A DNA stretch of 32,000 bases from Wallemia ichthyophaga EXF-994. Its lineage: Eukaryota > Fungi > Basidiomycota. How positions within the stretch are numbered: the stretch's first letter is position 1; the number at the start of each line of letters is the position of its first letter. Of this stretch, positions 1 through 10,873 are shown piece after piece. The translations under genes were made by a program, and so were the position numbers. The DNA is taken from the NCBI RefSeq assembly GCF_000400465.1, contig NW_008806285.1, forward strand, positions 180,001 to 212,000, given 5' to 3'. The notes beneath the pieces are model-generated. The model did not search any database. It worked only from the letters and a program-made list of their open reading frames with translations, and was not told the origin of the DNA.

Positions 1-1138
1 TGTGCAAAGGATGCTGAGATGGTTGGAAAGCGATTTGCAGAGACTCAACATTAGTGGTAGTGAGTTTTTATCAAGTACTAAATGCTTTGCTGACAATAGT
101 AGCTTTGGCTATTGGAAACTTGGCAAGATCTGGTAAGTGCGTGGACAAATTCAGTGTCCAAACTAACAGCCGACCAGAGGAGAATTCTATCATAGCTGTG
201 AAACAATTCAAGATTATACCACGCCTCGTACAATTGCTCCGAGACGATGATGTGAAGGTATCTCATGCTTCCATGTGTCTACTGAAGAATCTATCGCTGC
301 CTGCGTCTAACAAGGACGAAATTGGTGATAGTGGGGCAATGGAAGCAGCTCAAAAGTTTCTATCGCTCAGCTTTTCGCACGTACAGCCTCTTCAATTTGC
401 GACCGTTGGCTTTTATAAGCACTTGTGTACGCAACAGTGTGAGTTATCGTTACTGAATGCGTATAGGCTGTCTAATGTGATTCAGTTTGTAACACACTCA
501 CAATTGTGAATCACGAACCGTCTATACTCGACTCAGTGCTTGTTCTGATCAGCAAAAGTGATGACGCAGGTGTAAAGAGTGAAGGAACACGTATATTGGT
601 GCATGGAATCAAATCTTGTTGGATTTCTGCAGGCGAAAAGGCTCAATATGCCAGATCAAAGTTCACGAGCCATCCTGTTGCAAAAGCTTTAGTGGAGTTG
701 TTGTGCAATTACCGTAGATACCAGATCTGTAAGTGTCGTGTGTGTCTAGTTCACATCAGCTAACTCTCAATAGTGATCAACGAGGCCGTCATGGGTCTCA
801 CTCTGCTTGCATCAGAACGTAAAGGTGCTGACTACATACTCGCAGAGACTTCCAAGCTAGCACCAGCTATCAAACAAGTATTGGAGGATGAGAAAGAGAT
901 CAATAAGAAGGTCAAGCTCAACGTCTGTATTCTCTACTCTAATCTAGTCCTGAAACAGACTCAGGAAAATTCAAACGCTAAGCAGCGTGAGTGCGGTGAT
1001 ACATTTCTAAATAATATGACTCACTGTAATACAGTCAAAGGCCTTCTCGAACAAGACATAAAGAGTTTGTGTGACGATAGCGATAACGAGTTATCCAAGA
1101 CTGCTTCAACGGTATTGTCAGCTACGACTTGGAGCTGA
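1..1138 (+). CDS. Armadillo-repeat protein, SmgGDS/RAP1GDS1 (vimar)-like; 5' partial, multi-exon
   Basis: Peptide ALAIGNLARS...VSHASMCLLKNLSLPASNKDEIGDSGAM...VQPLQFATVGFYKHLC follows the SmgGDS ARM pattern as I recall it (QHAALSALRNLAIP..NK....AG....PVQF). Introns 439-485 and 729-773 (GT..CTAA[TC]..AG) join the ORF-track fragments in frame; a further frame-neutral intron is likely near 987-1034. Stop TGA 1136-1138. Confidence 0.75.
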
Positions 1139-1219
1139 TGTGGCTAAAATAATTAATTTACTTTAAGAGTATTATTGTTTATCTAAATGCATTTGCTGAC
1201 TGCCTTCACAAATACAATC

Positions 1220-1825
1220 ATGTTCTCACTGTTAAAAAGATCAGCAGGATTATCTAATAACATTAGAACATTCTCATCAACTAGATTCAATAAGGAAACA
1301 GCTGGTGCACTAACTTCTGTTCTATCAGATACTGATGCCTTGCAAATACAATCAATTGGAAAATCAGGCTTAACGTTTAGTGATGGCAAAGTATGCAAAG
1401 GACCTGTGATAGTCGTTGATAATAAGATATTTTTGTGGAAAGTGCCTACGCCTACCATGCCATTCAACTGGGGTGACGCTATACCCAAGGAAGCGTTCAA
1501 GATGTTTGAAACGTTGACACCTAGACCAGGTGGGTTTAGAGCTTGTAAAAAGACCATTCTAACTCAATCATTCAGAAATATTGCTTCTTGGTACTGGAAA
1601 GAGCATGCTCCCACCACCACCAGCTTACACCAAATATCTCAATAGTTTGGGTATACAGGTGGATATTATAGATACTGTGGGTTATATTTGGCACTAGAAT
1701 GTGATTTTGCTGACGTGCAACACAAGAAAAACGCTTGCTCTACATACAACGTTCTCGTGGAGGAGGATAGAAGTGTGGCAGCAGCATTGTTCCCGATAGA
1801 TGGCTATGAGTGGACGAAGAAATAG
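1220..1825 (+). CDS. NDUFAF3: Complex I assembly factor NDUFAF3 (Mth938/DUF498 domain), 3 exons
   Basis: Basic/Ser-rich presequence-like N-terminus MFSLLKRSAGLSNNIRTFSS. Spliced product contains PRPEILLLGTG and NACSTYNVLVEEDRSVAAALFP, typical of the Mth938 fold. Two canonical introns; stop TAG 1823-1825. Confidence 0.88.
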
Positions 1826-1938
1826 CTGGAAAGTATTAAAGCAATTACTAGCATCCCCTTAACAAATATTTAGTGACTACAATATGATCAGATAGTGTTT
1901 AGATGACGTCTACGCTATATTAATTACTTGCATTGCGG

Positions 1939-3709
1939 TTAATTGAGTGCATCCAGGAAATTTCCATTGAAAGTCTTATCAGAAAGCCTCTCCATAACAG
2001 ACTCACGCGCTCTTTGTCTCACTTGTATTGCATCATGCTCACTTAGATTGAAAATATCGTTCATTCGCTCAGAGAACTCCTTCACTTCACGCGCATGATA
2101 ACCTTTTGGGTGTGAGAGATTATATCAGCGGTAGGAGAATTACCCACCAGTCTTTGATCCCTTGTAGTCTACGATAATGTCGAGCAATGGGCCGGCCGAG
2201 GCATGAGCAAGTGGTATCAGTCCAGCAGCCTGGAGAGGATTGTTAGTATATGCTCAGTATGAATTATTGCTATAGTTACCATATATTCTACTACATTTAT
2301 ACCGAAATGCTCGTCAACCATTGTATTGATACCGATGCTTGCAGTTGATAGACTATGCAGCAGCACTTTAAAGGAAGCATTCACGATGAATTCAGTGCTA
2401 GACTGTTTGGTATTAGAAAAGTAAAGCATCGCTGGTTGTGATAGTGGACCTACATCTACACCCAAAGACTTAGCTAGCGACTTTAGATGTTCTACTCTAT
2501 TCAAGTCATCCTGATTACGTGCACTTCCAAGTAAAATCAGTTTAGAGTCTTTGTGGTTTGTATGTGAGTCTCGCAATTCTTTGAATGCCTTTATTTGAGT
2601 ACTGTGAGCTTTCTCAGGCCTATATGTGGTTAGTGGTGGGACTTCCAATGTTTATACATGACGTACCTGAATTGCGCAACGCATAAAATACTTTTCCGCC
2701 TTCCCTCTAACGAAAAATCCCTCAAAGCGACCGTATCACAAGGCGGATAGACGACTTTGACCTCACGGTTGATTAGATTGCGAATGTGATTACCAGTCCA
2801 GCTTGAATTGGCCATATTGACATCACAAGTTTTAAGGCAGAATGAGTAAGCACTAATGAGAGCGTGATAGTATCTGCTTGTGTTAGTCTGAGCTGATGCA
2901 AAGTAGCGCATCTCACATAAGCTTCCCCCGACTTAAAATATTTGAGGAGGTGATAGTTGACGAGTTTGTGATATCATTATGGCGCTTTTCTACTCTGGAG
3001 ACCATGTCTGAGCTGGTGGAACTGGTCAATGCCATGCAGGAGACATACAAAGAACTCACGATATCGTTGGATAATGAGTATAGGCAACGATACGTGCCCT
3101 TGATTTAACTAGCCTAACAATTGGGTATGTGAAAGCGTAACCCATAGTATCTAATGCAAATTTTGAGCTTGAAATTAATGTGAAGGGGTATACCAACCTA
3201 TGAAGACAGAGAAATCATTTTTACGATATAGAGCCTCGATAATCAATATAGTACTGCCTATCGCTTGGCCCAGTAAGGTGAAATAAGGCCAGGACTTATC
3301 ATCTACGAGGAAACGACAGCGAAGTCTGACGAAATGAATCGTCTGTGGGTTTAAATCTATTGACATTTTGGTCTGATTGAATAATTGAATACAAGTTTTA
3401 TGCTCAACGGTGCCCAACTCACTTTGGCATTGTTTATAAGCGTTTGCTTCGAATCAGAGTCACCGGTGTAAACGAGTACATGAATGTTGGGAGTGAGTGA
3501 TTGTATACCTTGTATAGCAGTCCAAAGAACTCGCTCACCGCCACCGCCTGCGTTGCTGAGGTATGGGTTCAGCTATCGGATCCACCGCCAATGCACACGA
3601 CAAACCAATAAGGATGGAAGAATGCAATATTGCTGCCGATGTTTCGGCTTCTTTTAAAGATGAAAATTGAGAGAATAATTACTGAAATTGAAGCCGTTAT
3701 CAGCAGCAT
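1939..3709 (-). CDS. ALG11: GDP-Man:Man3GlcNAc2-PP-dolichol alpha-1,2-mannosyltransferase, multi-exon
   Basis: N-terminal hydrophobic anchor MLLITASISVIILSIFIFKR, then IAFFHPYC|NAGGGGERVLW, QFRPEKAH, and GINTMVDEHFGINVVEYM|AAG. These are ALG11 signature motifs. Stop after NFLDALN at 1939-1941. Confidence 0.93.
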
Positions 3710-3732
3710 AATGTTGATTGATTACTATCAAC

Positions 3733-5163
3733 ATGTCAAATCGCAGGGATGTTGGCAAAATAGCAGTTGATCGTTAGTGCGCTTATAATATCAAGTGAAA
3801 TATTTAATTTTAATCCAGTTATGGCTTTCGCTGCTGGACAAGTAAGCCTTCAATCCCAACGCCTTTAAATGGCTTACGTTTATAGGCTGTAATATTCTAT
3901 ACGCTTAGAGTGGGTGGCGTGCATCCGTATGATCAGTTTTCTGAACAATACCAGTACCTTCTTAACTCAAACGATCCACTCAAATCTAAGCGTCAAGGCA
4001 CCAAGAGTAAATCAACTCAGATTCTTGAAAGATTAGGCAGAAATAACGTTACTCTGAATGAATATGAAGGTGTGTATCGATTCACCTGTAAAGAATCATT
4101 CTCACCTCCCTCTAGAGGTCATCGCATGCGAGATCGTACTCCCAGAAGAGATCAGCACCACATTCGACGATATTGGTGGATTACAGCATATCGTTTCAAA
4201 CCTCAAAGAAAACGTCATCTACCCACTCAAATTACCTGGCTTATTCACCGGTGGCTCTAAGAATCTATTAAGTCCTCCAAGAGGCGTTCTTCTTTATGGT
4301 CCTCCTGGTTGCGGTAAGACTATGCTGGCAAAAGCTCTTGCTAGAGAGTCGAACGCTACCTTTATCAATATGCACGTTTCCACTCTGACTGATAAATGGT
4401 TCGGAGAATCTAACAAACTTGTCGCTGCTTTGTTCTCTCTCGCAAAGAAATGTCAACCTTCAATCATTTTCATCGATGAGATAGACAGTTTCCTCCGTGA
4501 ACGCGGTAAAGGCGATCATGAGGTTACAAACATGATGAAAGCTGAGTTCATGACGTGAGTTTGGTGTACCACTGCATAACTAATCTAATTCACCAACCTC
4601 AGCTTCTGGGATGGGCTTTCTAGTGAAGCAAATGATAGAATACTCGTTCTTGGCGCTACCAACCGCCCAAATGACATTGATCAAGCGATTCTCAGGCGTA
4701 TGCCTAAACGCTACCCTGTCAAAGTTCCAAATAATGATCAGAGAAAGAACATATTAAGTTTGGTGTGTTTGATTTTGACTTTGAAACTCACTCACATTCT
4801 TCAGATCCTCAAAGACTGCGCAATCAGCTCAAACTTTGACATCAATCAGCTAGTAGATATTACTACTGGACTGACAGGCTCAGATTTACATGAGCTATGC
4901 AGAAACGCAGCCATGATACCAATGAGAGAGTTGATGAGAAAGCATGATCCTAGCACACTAGAACAGGACATTGAAGTGGGTCTAAAAATTTTCTTTCTAG
5001 ACCATTAGCTAATCTTGACCAACAGAACATTAAACCAAGACAATTAAATATTGCAGATTTCACTACAGCATCAATGGAGAACGAAGACGACATGCCAGTG
5101 TACGATCCAAGTATAGACGGCAGGATAAGACAGATTAGTGATTCTTTAGGAGGCTTAGATTAA
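3733..5163 (+). CDS. MSP1: Membrane-anchored AAA+ dislocase Msp1/ATAD1, multi-exon
   Basis: Spliced N-terminus [32 protein letters not shown] (TM helix; introns 3773-3818, 3842-3885, 3910-3954). TFDDIGGL, Walker A GPPGCGKT, pore loop LTDKWFGES, Walker [39 protein letters not shown]-type motif. Stop TAA 5161-5163. Confidence 0.93.
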
Positions 5164-5261
5164 TACACAGATTAGACTAATTTATACACCCAGCACTCTT
5201 CAAACAAGAATTTTGTAGTAATATCTGCATGAATGTACACCCAAATAATAAAATATCCCGC

Positions 5262-5980
5262 TTAACGGTTGGACTTGGCAACACGCTCAAGTTCATCCTT
5301 CTTCTTGATGGCGTATGAGTTAGATGAACCCTTTGAAGCGTTGATGAGCTCGTCAGCAAGACATTCAGAGACACTCTTGACGTTACGGAAAGCAGATTCA
5401 CGGACACCGATGGTGAGCAAAGCAATAGCTTGGTTGACACGACGGAGTGGTGAAACATCAACAGCTTGGCGACGAACGGTACCTTGGGAACCAATTCTGG
5501 TTGAGTCTTCACGTGGACCAGTGTTGACAACAGCGTCAACGATGGTTTGTAATGGGTTTTGGTCGGTGAGCAAGTGAATGATCTCGCAAGCGTGTTGAAC
5601 AATACGGACGGCCAATTGCTTCTTACCGTTGTTACGGCCGTTCATCATCAAAGAGTTGACGAGACGCTCAACGATTGGCATTTGAGCCTTCTTGAATTGC
5701 TTGTTGGCGTAACGACCAGCCGTGTGTGGGAGGTAGACTGGGTGACGGACTTGAATGTAGTCGGTAAGTGAGATGTCCTTGACTTCGACGCTATTGCACG
5801 GTTAGATAAATTTGACTAAAGAGTAAAGACCGACTCTTGGGCGTCCCACTTGCCGAAGAGCTTGACACCGGCAAGACCACCTTCTGGTGGAGCAGTAGCA
5901 GTGATCTAAGCTTTGTAAGAAACGTCTTCTCCAGCTACTAAACCACTTACTTCACTTGGGAGAGTCTTGACTGGGGCCAT
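5262..5980 (-). CDS. RPS5: 40S ribosomal protein uS7 (S5), 3 exons
   Basis: [55 protein letters not shown]-terminus [17 protein letters not shown]. Exon 1 is [10 protein letters not shown]. Confidence 0.98.
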
Positions 5981-6288
5981 TTCTACAATCTAGAGGGGCG
6001 CAAGGCATTCGTTAGAATAGTATGCGGACTCCCGTACAATAGACATACTCAGGTGTACGCTATGCTTTATTAGCAGATATTTTGGTGTAGCCGCAAAACT
6101 CACAGTCCTCGCTAGGAGCAAGAAGGGTTGATAAAATTTCAAGGTGAAAAAGGCCTGGAAAAATTTATAAAAGTACAAAATGAATCTTAAATGGCTCTTT
6201 AGATTTGTTGAAGCAGTCATCACCCTCGTCTTGCTGCTTCATATCGCAAAACTGTGCCTACCTAATCCAACACAAGGTGATTTAGATC

Positions 6289-6726
6289 CTAGTACGGTGG
6301 CCGATACTGGGGCTGGTATGGTGGATGAAAGGGCATTGGCGCCGGTATTGGAGTGAAAGAATTCCTGTCTGCTTGCCAACCTGGATTGCGTTAAAGATGC
6401 GTAGTAACGCAGGCTGAGAGACTCACTGCAGATGTTACAGAACCAAATATGATCTGATCCAAATGGGATTATCGGTAGGAAGCAGAATTCAAACCATCTC
6501 CTTGACTGCAAGATGATTAAGCGATATTTTCAATGAAGTCAGCACTCAGCGCACCTTGAATGGAACGAGTGCACCGTTGTTGCAGTGTGGGCATAGCAGA
6601 GGCTGTGTAGGTTGTTGTCCATCTGGCTTTAACTTTACAGGACAGCTAACTGAACAGCCAATGAGCTAGAGCTAGCGACGCAGTGAGATCAAACCCACAA
6701 CTGAAGCAGAGTGGAATAAAATCCAT
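6289..6726 (-). CDS. Small (~97 aa) zinc-ribbon protein of unknown function (zinc_ribbon_15-like), 4 exons
   Basis: Splicing three canonical introns gives MDFIPLCFSFSCPVKLKPDGQQPTQPLLCPHCNNGALVPFKSRRWFEFCFLPIIPFGSDHIWFCNICSWQADRNSFTPIPAPMPFHPPYQPQYRPPY*. It has CPHC...CNIC pairs around a WFxFCFLPIIPF segment. Confidence 0.75.
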
Positions 6727-6855
6727 TGCTAAAGCCCCTCAAAGAATGTATAACTTCTCAAGCTAATGGAAGTTGAATTAAAGCCAAGATACATTCATCA
6801 CGCTAGCATTTTACTGAATAATTTGTATAGAAATATACACAACCGTCTAATCAGT

Positions 6856-7471
6856 TTAAGCTGAAGTCAAACGACGTTGAGCAGCCACTTGACGCTTGTT
6901 ACCGTGGATCTTCTTTGGTTGGTTCACATCGACATCCTTGTTACGGGCAACTTGCTCGTCTGGAACAGCCAAGGTGATTTCAATGTGGCATGGGTTACCT
7001 TGGTAAGGGTTGATACGACCGTGAGCACGGTAAGTACGACGACGGGTTTTCTAAGCGTCTTGTAAGAATCTTCAAATTTTTTGCGCATAGCGCACAACTC
7101 ACTGGAGCAGCTTGAACGACAATGTGCTTAATCAAAAGTTCGTCAGTGTCAAGCGACTTAGCGTCAGCGTTGGCTTCAGCGTTCTTGAGTAATCTGAGAA
7201 CGTAGCCAATTGACTTGACTGGCCAACGACCTTGAGTGGTACCGTGGTTCTTAGCTTGAGCGGCTCTACCAACACCACCGTTGAAGCGACGGAATGGAAT
7301 GATATCCCTGTGCTCTTGGACATCACCGAGGTACTTGTAAGCCTTTGAAAGCTTCAAGCCGGTGAGAGCAGCAGCAACTTCACGGGTGTTCTTGAAGTGC
7401 GTACGCAAGTGCTGGCCACGAGCTTTGGCTGTCTTCTCTGGATTCTCAGCATTGTGTGCGTAGCGTACCAT
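6856..7471 (-). CDS. RPL17: 60S ribosomal protein uL22 (L17), 2 coding exons
   Basis: MVRYA...[16 protein letters not shown]...[17 protein letters not shown]...GRWPVKS; after the intron [24 protein letters not shown]. Stop TAA 6856-6858. Confidence 0.98.
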
Positions 7472-9358
7472 CTTGACTTCTTCGGTGTAGCTCGTCGAGA
7501 AAGGTGGCTTGAAGTTTTACCAGCTCAACTTAAAATGAAAATTATGAGAATAGAGCATCAAGAGGTTGTTTATCAGGCGTACTATTCATTATATAACCTG
7601 CTTTGTAAAATTCTAAAGCCTTTTTCTCTCATATTTCTGTTTGACTAGTCTTCCTGGTCAGCTATATGAATATTATTATTGTAGCTCATCAGCAGGGAAA
7701 TGCTGACTGGAATCTAATCAATTTGCTGCCCCATAACTTCCAGCCTAAACACTTCCGGTGAAGTATACGCAGCTTTGGTGCGGCTAATTGTATGAACGAG
7801 TTAGGATGATCGCATTGATATAAGTGTTTAGTACATTGTTTAGTGTTATAATGCATTGTAGCAACCATTTCTCTCGTTGCATCCCACAAGCGCTCAATAT
7901 GGAACTCGTCTCTACATATCTGATGGATTCAAGATGCGTTTATGCAATGACAGGGCGATTTGAATTGTTCTTTTAGTACTACTAGACGCTTGTAGTAGTG
8001 CTAACCATACGATAGAGTCAATTCTGCTCAAGGCACCCTCCAACTGACCAATTTAGCGAGAAGATAGGCGTAAAGATACCATATACTGACAATTTGAACA
8101 TTTTAGCAATATCATCGTTTTCATGGCATCTTCAGCATTCCGATACATCCCCATAACAACTATCCGCTCAATAGTCATCGAGTCGAATTTTCCTAATACC
8201 ATCTATCTCATCTCAGATGGTGATTTACGAGTTTTAATGATCCCCAAATAAAAAAGCTTGTTTTATAGCTTTAAATGAGCTCTACAAGATCTTACAAGAA
8301 CTATTTCCCTGAACCTTCATTTGCGCCCTGTAGGTTGTTCGGTAGTTGCATTTCGAGATCGTACGCTATTAGAGAGATATAGGGATTTAACGCGCTTAGT
8401 CGACAGAACAGATTATAATAACTGATGGAGACTTCAAGAACCCAGAAATCTCAAGCGCTCACCCTTGTAGACGTGATTTACGTTTTCCGACAAGTAGCGT
8501 CCACAGGACTAAATGCTGGCTCCAGGGAAGAAGCCAGGACATTCCGGATCATTACACGCCTATTGCATACAAATTATGCAACAAAAAAACAAGCGTCATC
8601 CCAACTCTGTAAATCGGGACTCTAGCTTCACCTGGTGCATTTCGAGATGTCACATAATGGGGGCGGAGGAGTGATTAAGCATGCATTAGAATTGCATAGG
8701 TCGGCTTAGTAGGTATATATGTTTTTTGATACCAAGTCACACCCTTTGCAGCATGCCATATCTAGCTGCTAGCTGGACGAGTGCAGAGCACTTCGCTGCG
8801 CTATCGGCAACAAACATATCTGCAAACGTCTCATAGAGCTAATTACTACTAACAGGAGCTAATGTTACTTTAATTAGCAGTCGTCAAGGTGTTATGGCGA
8901 ACTAAATCACGTCATCCTCTGAGATTGCAACGTCATTCCAACTCTCAAAGTTCAATCATAGGCGGAAGAGTACAATGAAGTCGAATCAGTTTACATGAGT
9001 GATGACAATGAAATATTGAGTTAATGTGAGCAAGTTTGCTGCTGAATGATCACCTTTGATACCTGCCAATTAGCGAGAGAGAGGGGGATGAACGGCAGTA
9101 ATTCATCATATCGATAAAAGTAGTCGTACTACAACTAGATTTACGTGCAACGCCTATGTCCTCCTTCCACTTGATAACCTTGGTGGGGACGACGATCTGA
9201 ATATGCGTGTGTTTTCAATGTTCAAGGATGATCTTTGCACTTTGCATTTAGAGATATCAAAGCCATCTTTGGTAGCATAAGTCAGGCACTGGTCCAAAAC
9301 GCATAATGTGCACATTGTGAAGATAAACTTAAATATATAAAACTGTACAAAACTTTGA

Positions 9359-10754
9359 TTAGTTTGCTGCGATCGATGGAGGTTGCACTGTGCTAGGCGC
9401 TACCGGAGCCGCTGAAGCAGATTCGTTGGAGAGGTTACTGCTCACTTTACCACCAGCTGTTTTTCTTCCAGCTGATCGTAAACCAAAACAAACTCACGCT
9501 TTATCTTCTCCCAGCTCTTTGGATCGAAGAAGATATAGCTACCACGTTCAAGCATTGGTGTCTTCTGCACTGGCTCAGATCCGGATTCTTTAGTCAACCA
9601 AAGTCCTAAATCCTTGTGATATCTCCAGTTTCTGTTGAATCTGAGAAGGTATTAGCTTGTTTTCGGTGAAAATAGAAAAGCCACGCTCACAATTCAATTG
9701 CTGCTACTTGCTGCATTACATCCTTTGCGTGAGTGTAGAATATGTAGAAGAGGGTTTCGTCGTGGAATTCTGCGACCTTGGTGAATGCTGGTGGTGGTGG
9801 TTGGACGTTGTAACAAGCAGGTAGTGTGAACTCTGGTTCTAGTGTAGCTGCATCTCTGGCATTGTTGTCGGAAAATGGTGACACGAACGTCGAGTTAAGC
9901 ATTCTTCAGCTGTGTCAGAGGTAATGATCGAGTTGAGTATTCGTACATACGTCGGAGAGCTCAAATCCAGTCCAAGATTTGTCAAATCAGATCCCAAAGC
10001 CAGCATTCCCATATCAGACGACGACATTCTTATTATGTTCAACAATCCTAACAATCCAAACCTGTCAGCAGGCGATACTAGCACTTGCTGAGCCGGGGTC
10101 TGAGCCATAGGTAGATTGGGTTGTTGGGCGTTTGGATTTTGTGCAGCGGTCATTTCGAACATGAAATTCTAAGCCACGTGATCAGCAGATAGGAGCTAGG
10201 TATAAAGTCAAACATACTCTTTTGTCCCTCTGTGAAGCTGCGTTTGAAGCAGATGCAGGTGCGGGTGTCCTCGAAGTGTTGGAAGGGAAGTATGGCTGTC
10301 GTATAGATTCACTGGATTTAGGCTGTACACCGTTTAGACTACTCTGATCAGAAGAAAGAGCAGGAAATTCATCCTGATTTAGAGCCGAGGGAGCTGTAGG
10401 CTGGGAATAATGATTTTGCTGCTGCTGACTTTGTTGAGTAGGAGCACCTAAAGCGGGGAAATCATTTGGATCGAGCCTAGGTTCTGACTGGCTAGGTATC
10501 ACGCCGACATTGAGCAACTGCGATTGATTACTGCTGTTGTTATTGATTGGATGAGCTTGTGCAGCTGTCACGGGAGAAGGACCTGCGTAGGGGAACGAAT
10601 TTTGCCTCGGATTAGAATTAGGCGTCAAGCTTGGCTGATTAAAGCTTTGCCTCTGTTGTTGCTGCTGCTGGATAGGCGCGAAACCTCGCAATACGTGTGG
10701 CGCTGCTAAATACGGCGCATAAGGAGGTCTAAAAGGAAGATTTGGAGGGTTCAT
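9359..10754 (-). CDS. NOT2: CCR4-NOT subunit Not2 (NOT2/3/5 domain), multi-exon
   Basis: DRFGLLGLL..IRM...DMGMLALGSDLTNLGLDL, EPEFTLPACY, FHDETLFYIFY, AAIEL|..RNWRYHKDLGLWLT, ERGSYIFFDPKSWEK. Q/P/N-rich N-terminus. Confidence 0.92.
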
Positions 10755-10873
10755 AGATTGCGGCCTTTGGGGAGTTTGCCCTGTATCTGATTTAATTAGT
10801 TTAAAAAATTAGGCTGAGTAGACTAACTCATAGTTCTTGTCCAAGAGAGACGGCCAACGACAACGACGACGAT

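Noticed and set aside
1183-1557. 124-aa antisense ORF over NDUFAF3
   Set aside because: It lies almost entirely opposite a well-supported gene and has no recognisable motifs.
5177-5771. ORFs antisense or out of frame to RPS5 (5177-5602, 5269-5577, 5559-5771), and similar ones over RPL17 (6877-7065, 7132-7326)
   Set aside because: Typical shadow ORFs from strong codon bias in ribosomal protein genes; no domain features.
5990-6223. 77-aa minus-strand ORF upstream of RPS5
   Set aside because: AT-rich promoter/terminator DNA giving an F/L/K-rich translation, with no introns or motifs.
8425-8625. 66-aa ORF containing TLVDVIYVFRQ, faintly like the histone H4 C-terminus (TALDVVYALKRQ)
   Set aside because: The similarity covers only a few residues, there is an in-frame stop just upstream, and no other histone-fold sequence is present. 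Probably chance.
8999-9045. Possible C/D-box snoRNA (GTGATGA ... CTGA)
   Set aside because: Only 47 nt from box C to box D, and I could not recognise an rRNA-complementary guide. It would need a snoRNA scan to revive.
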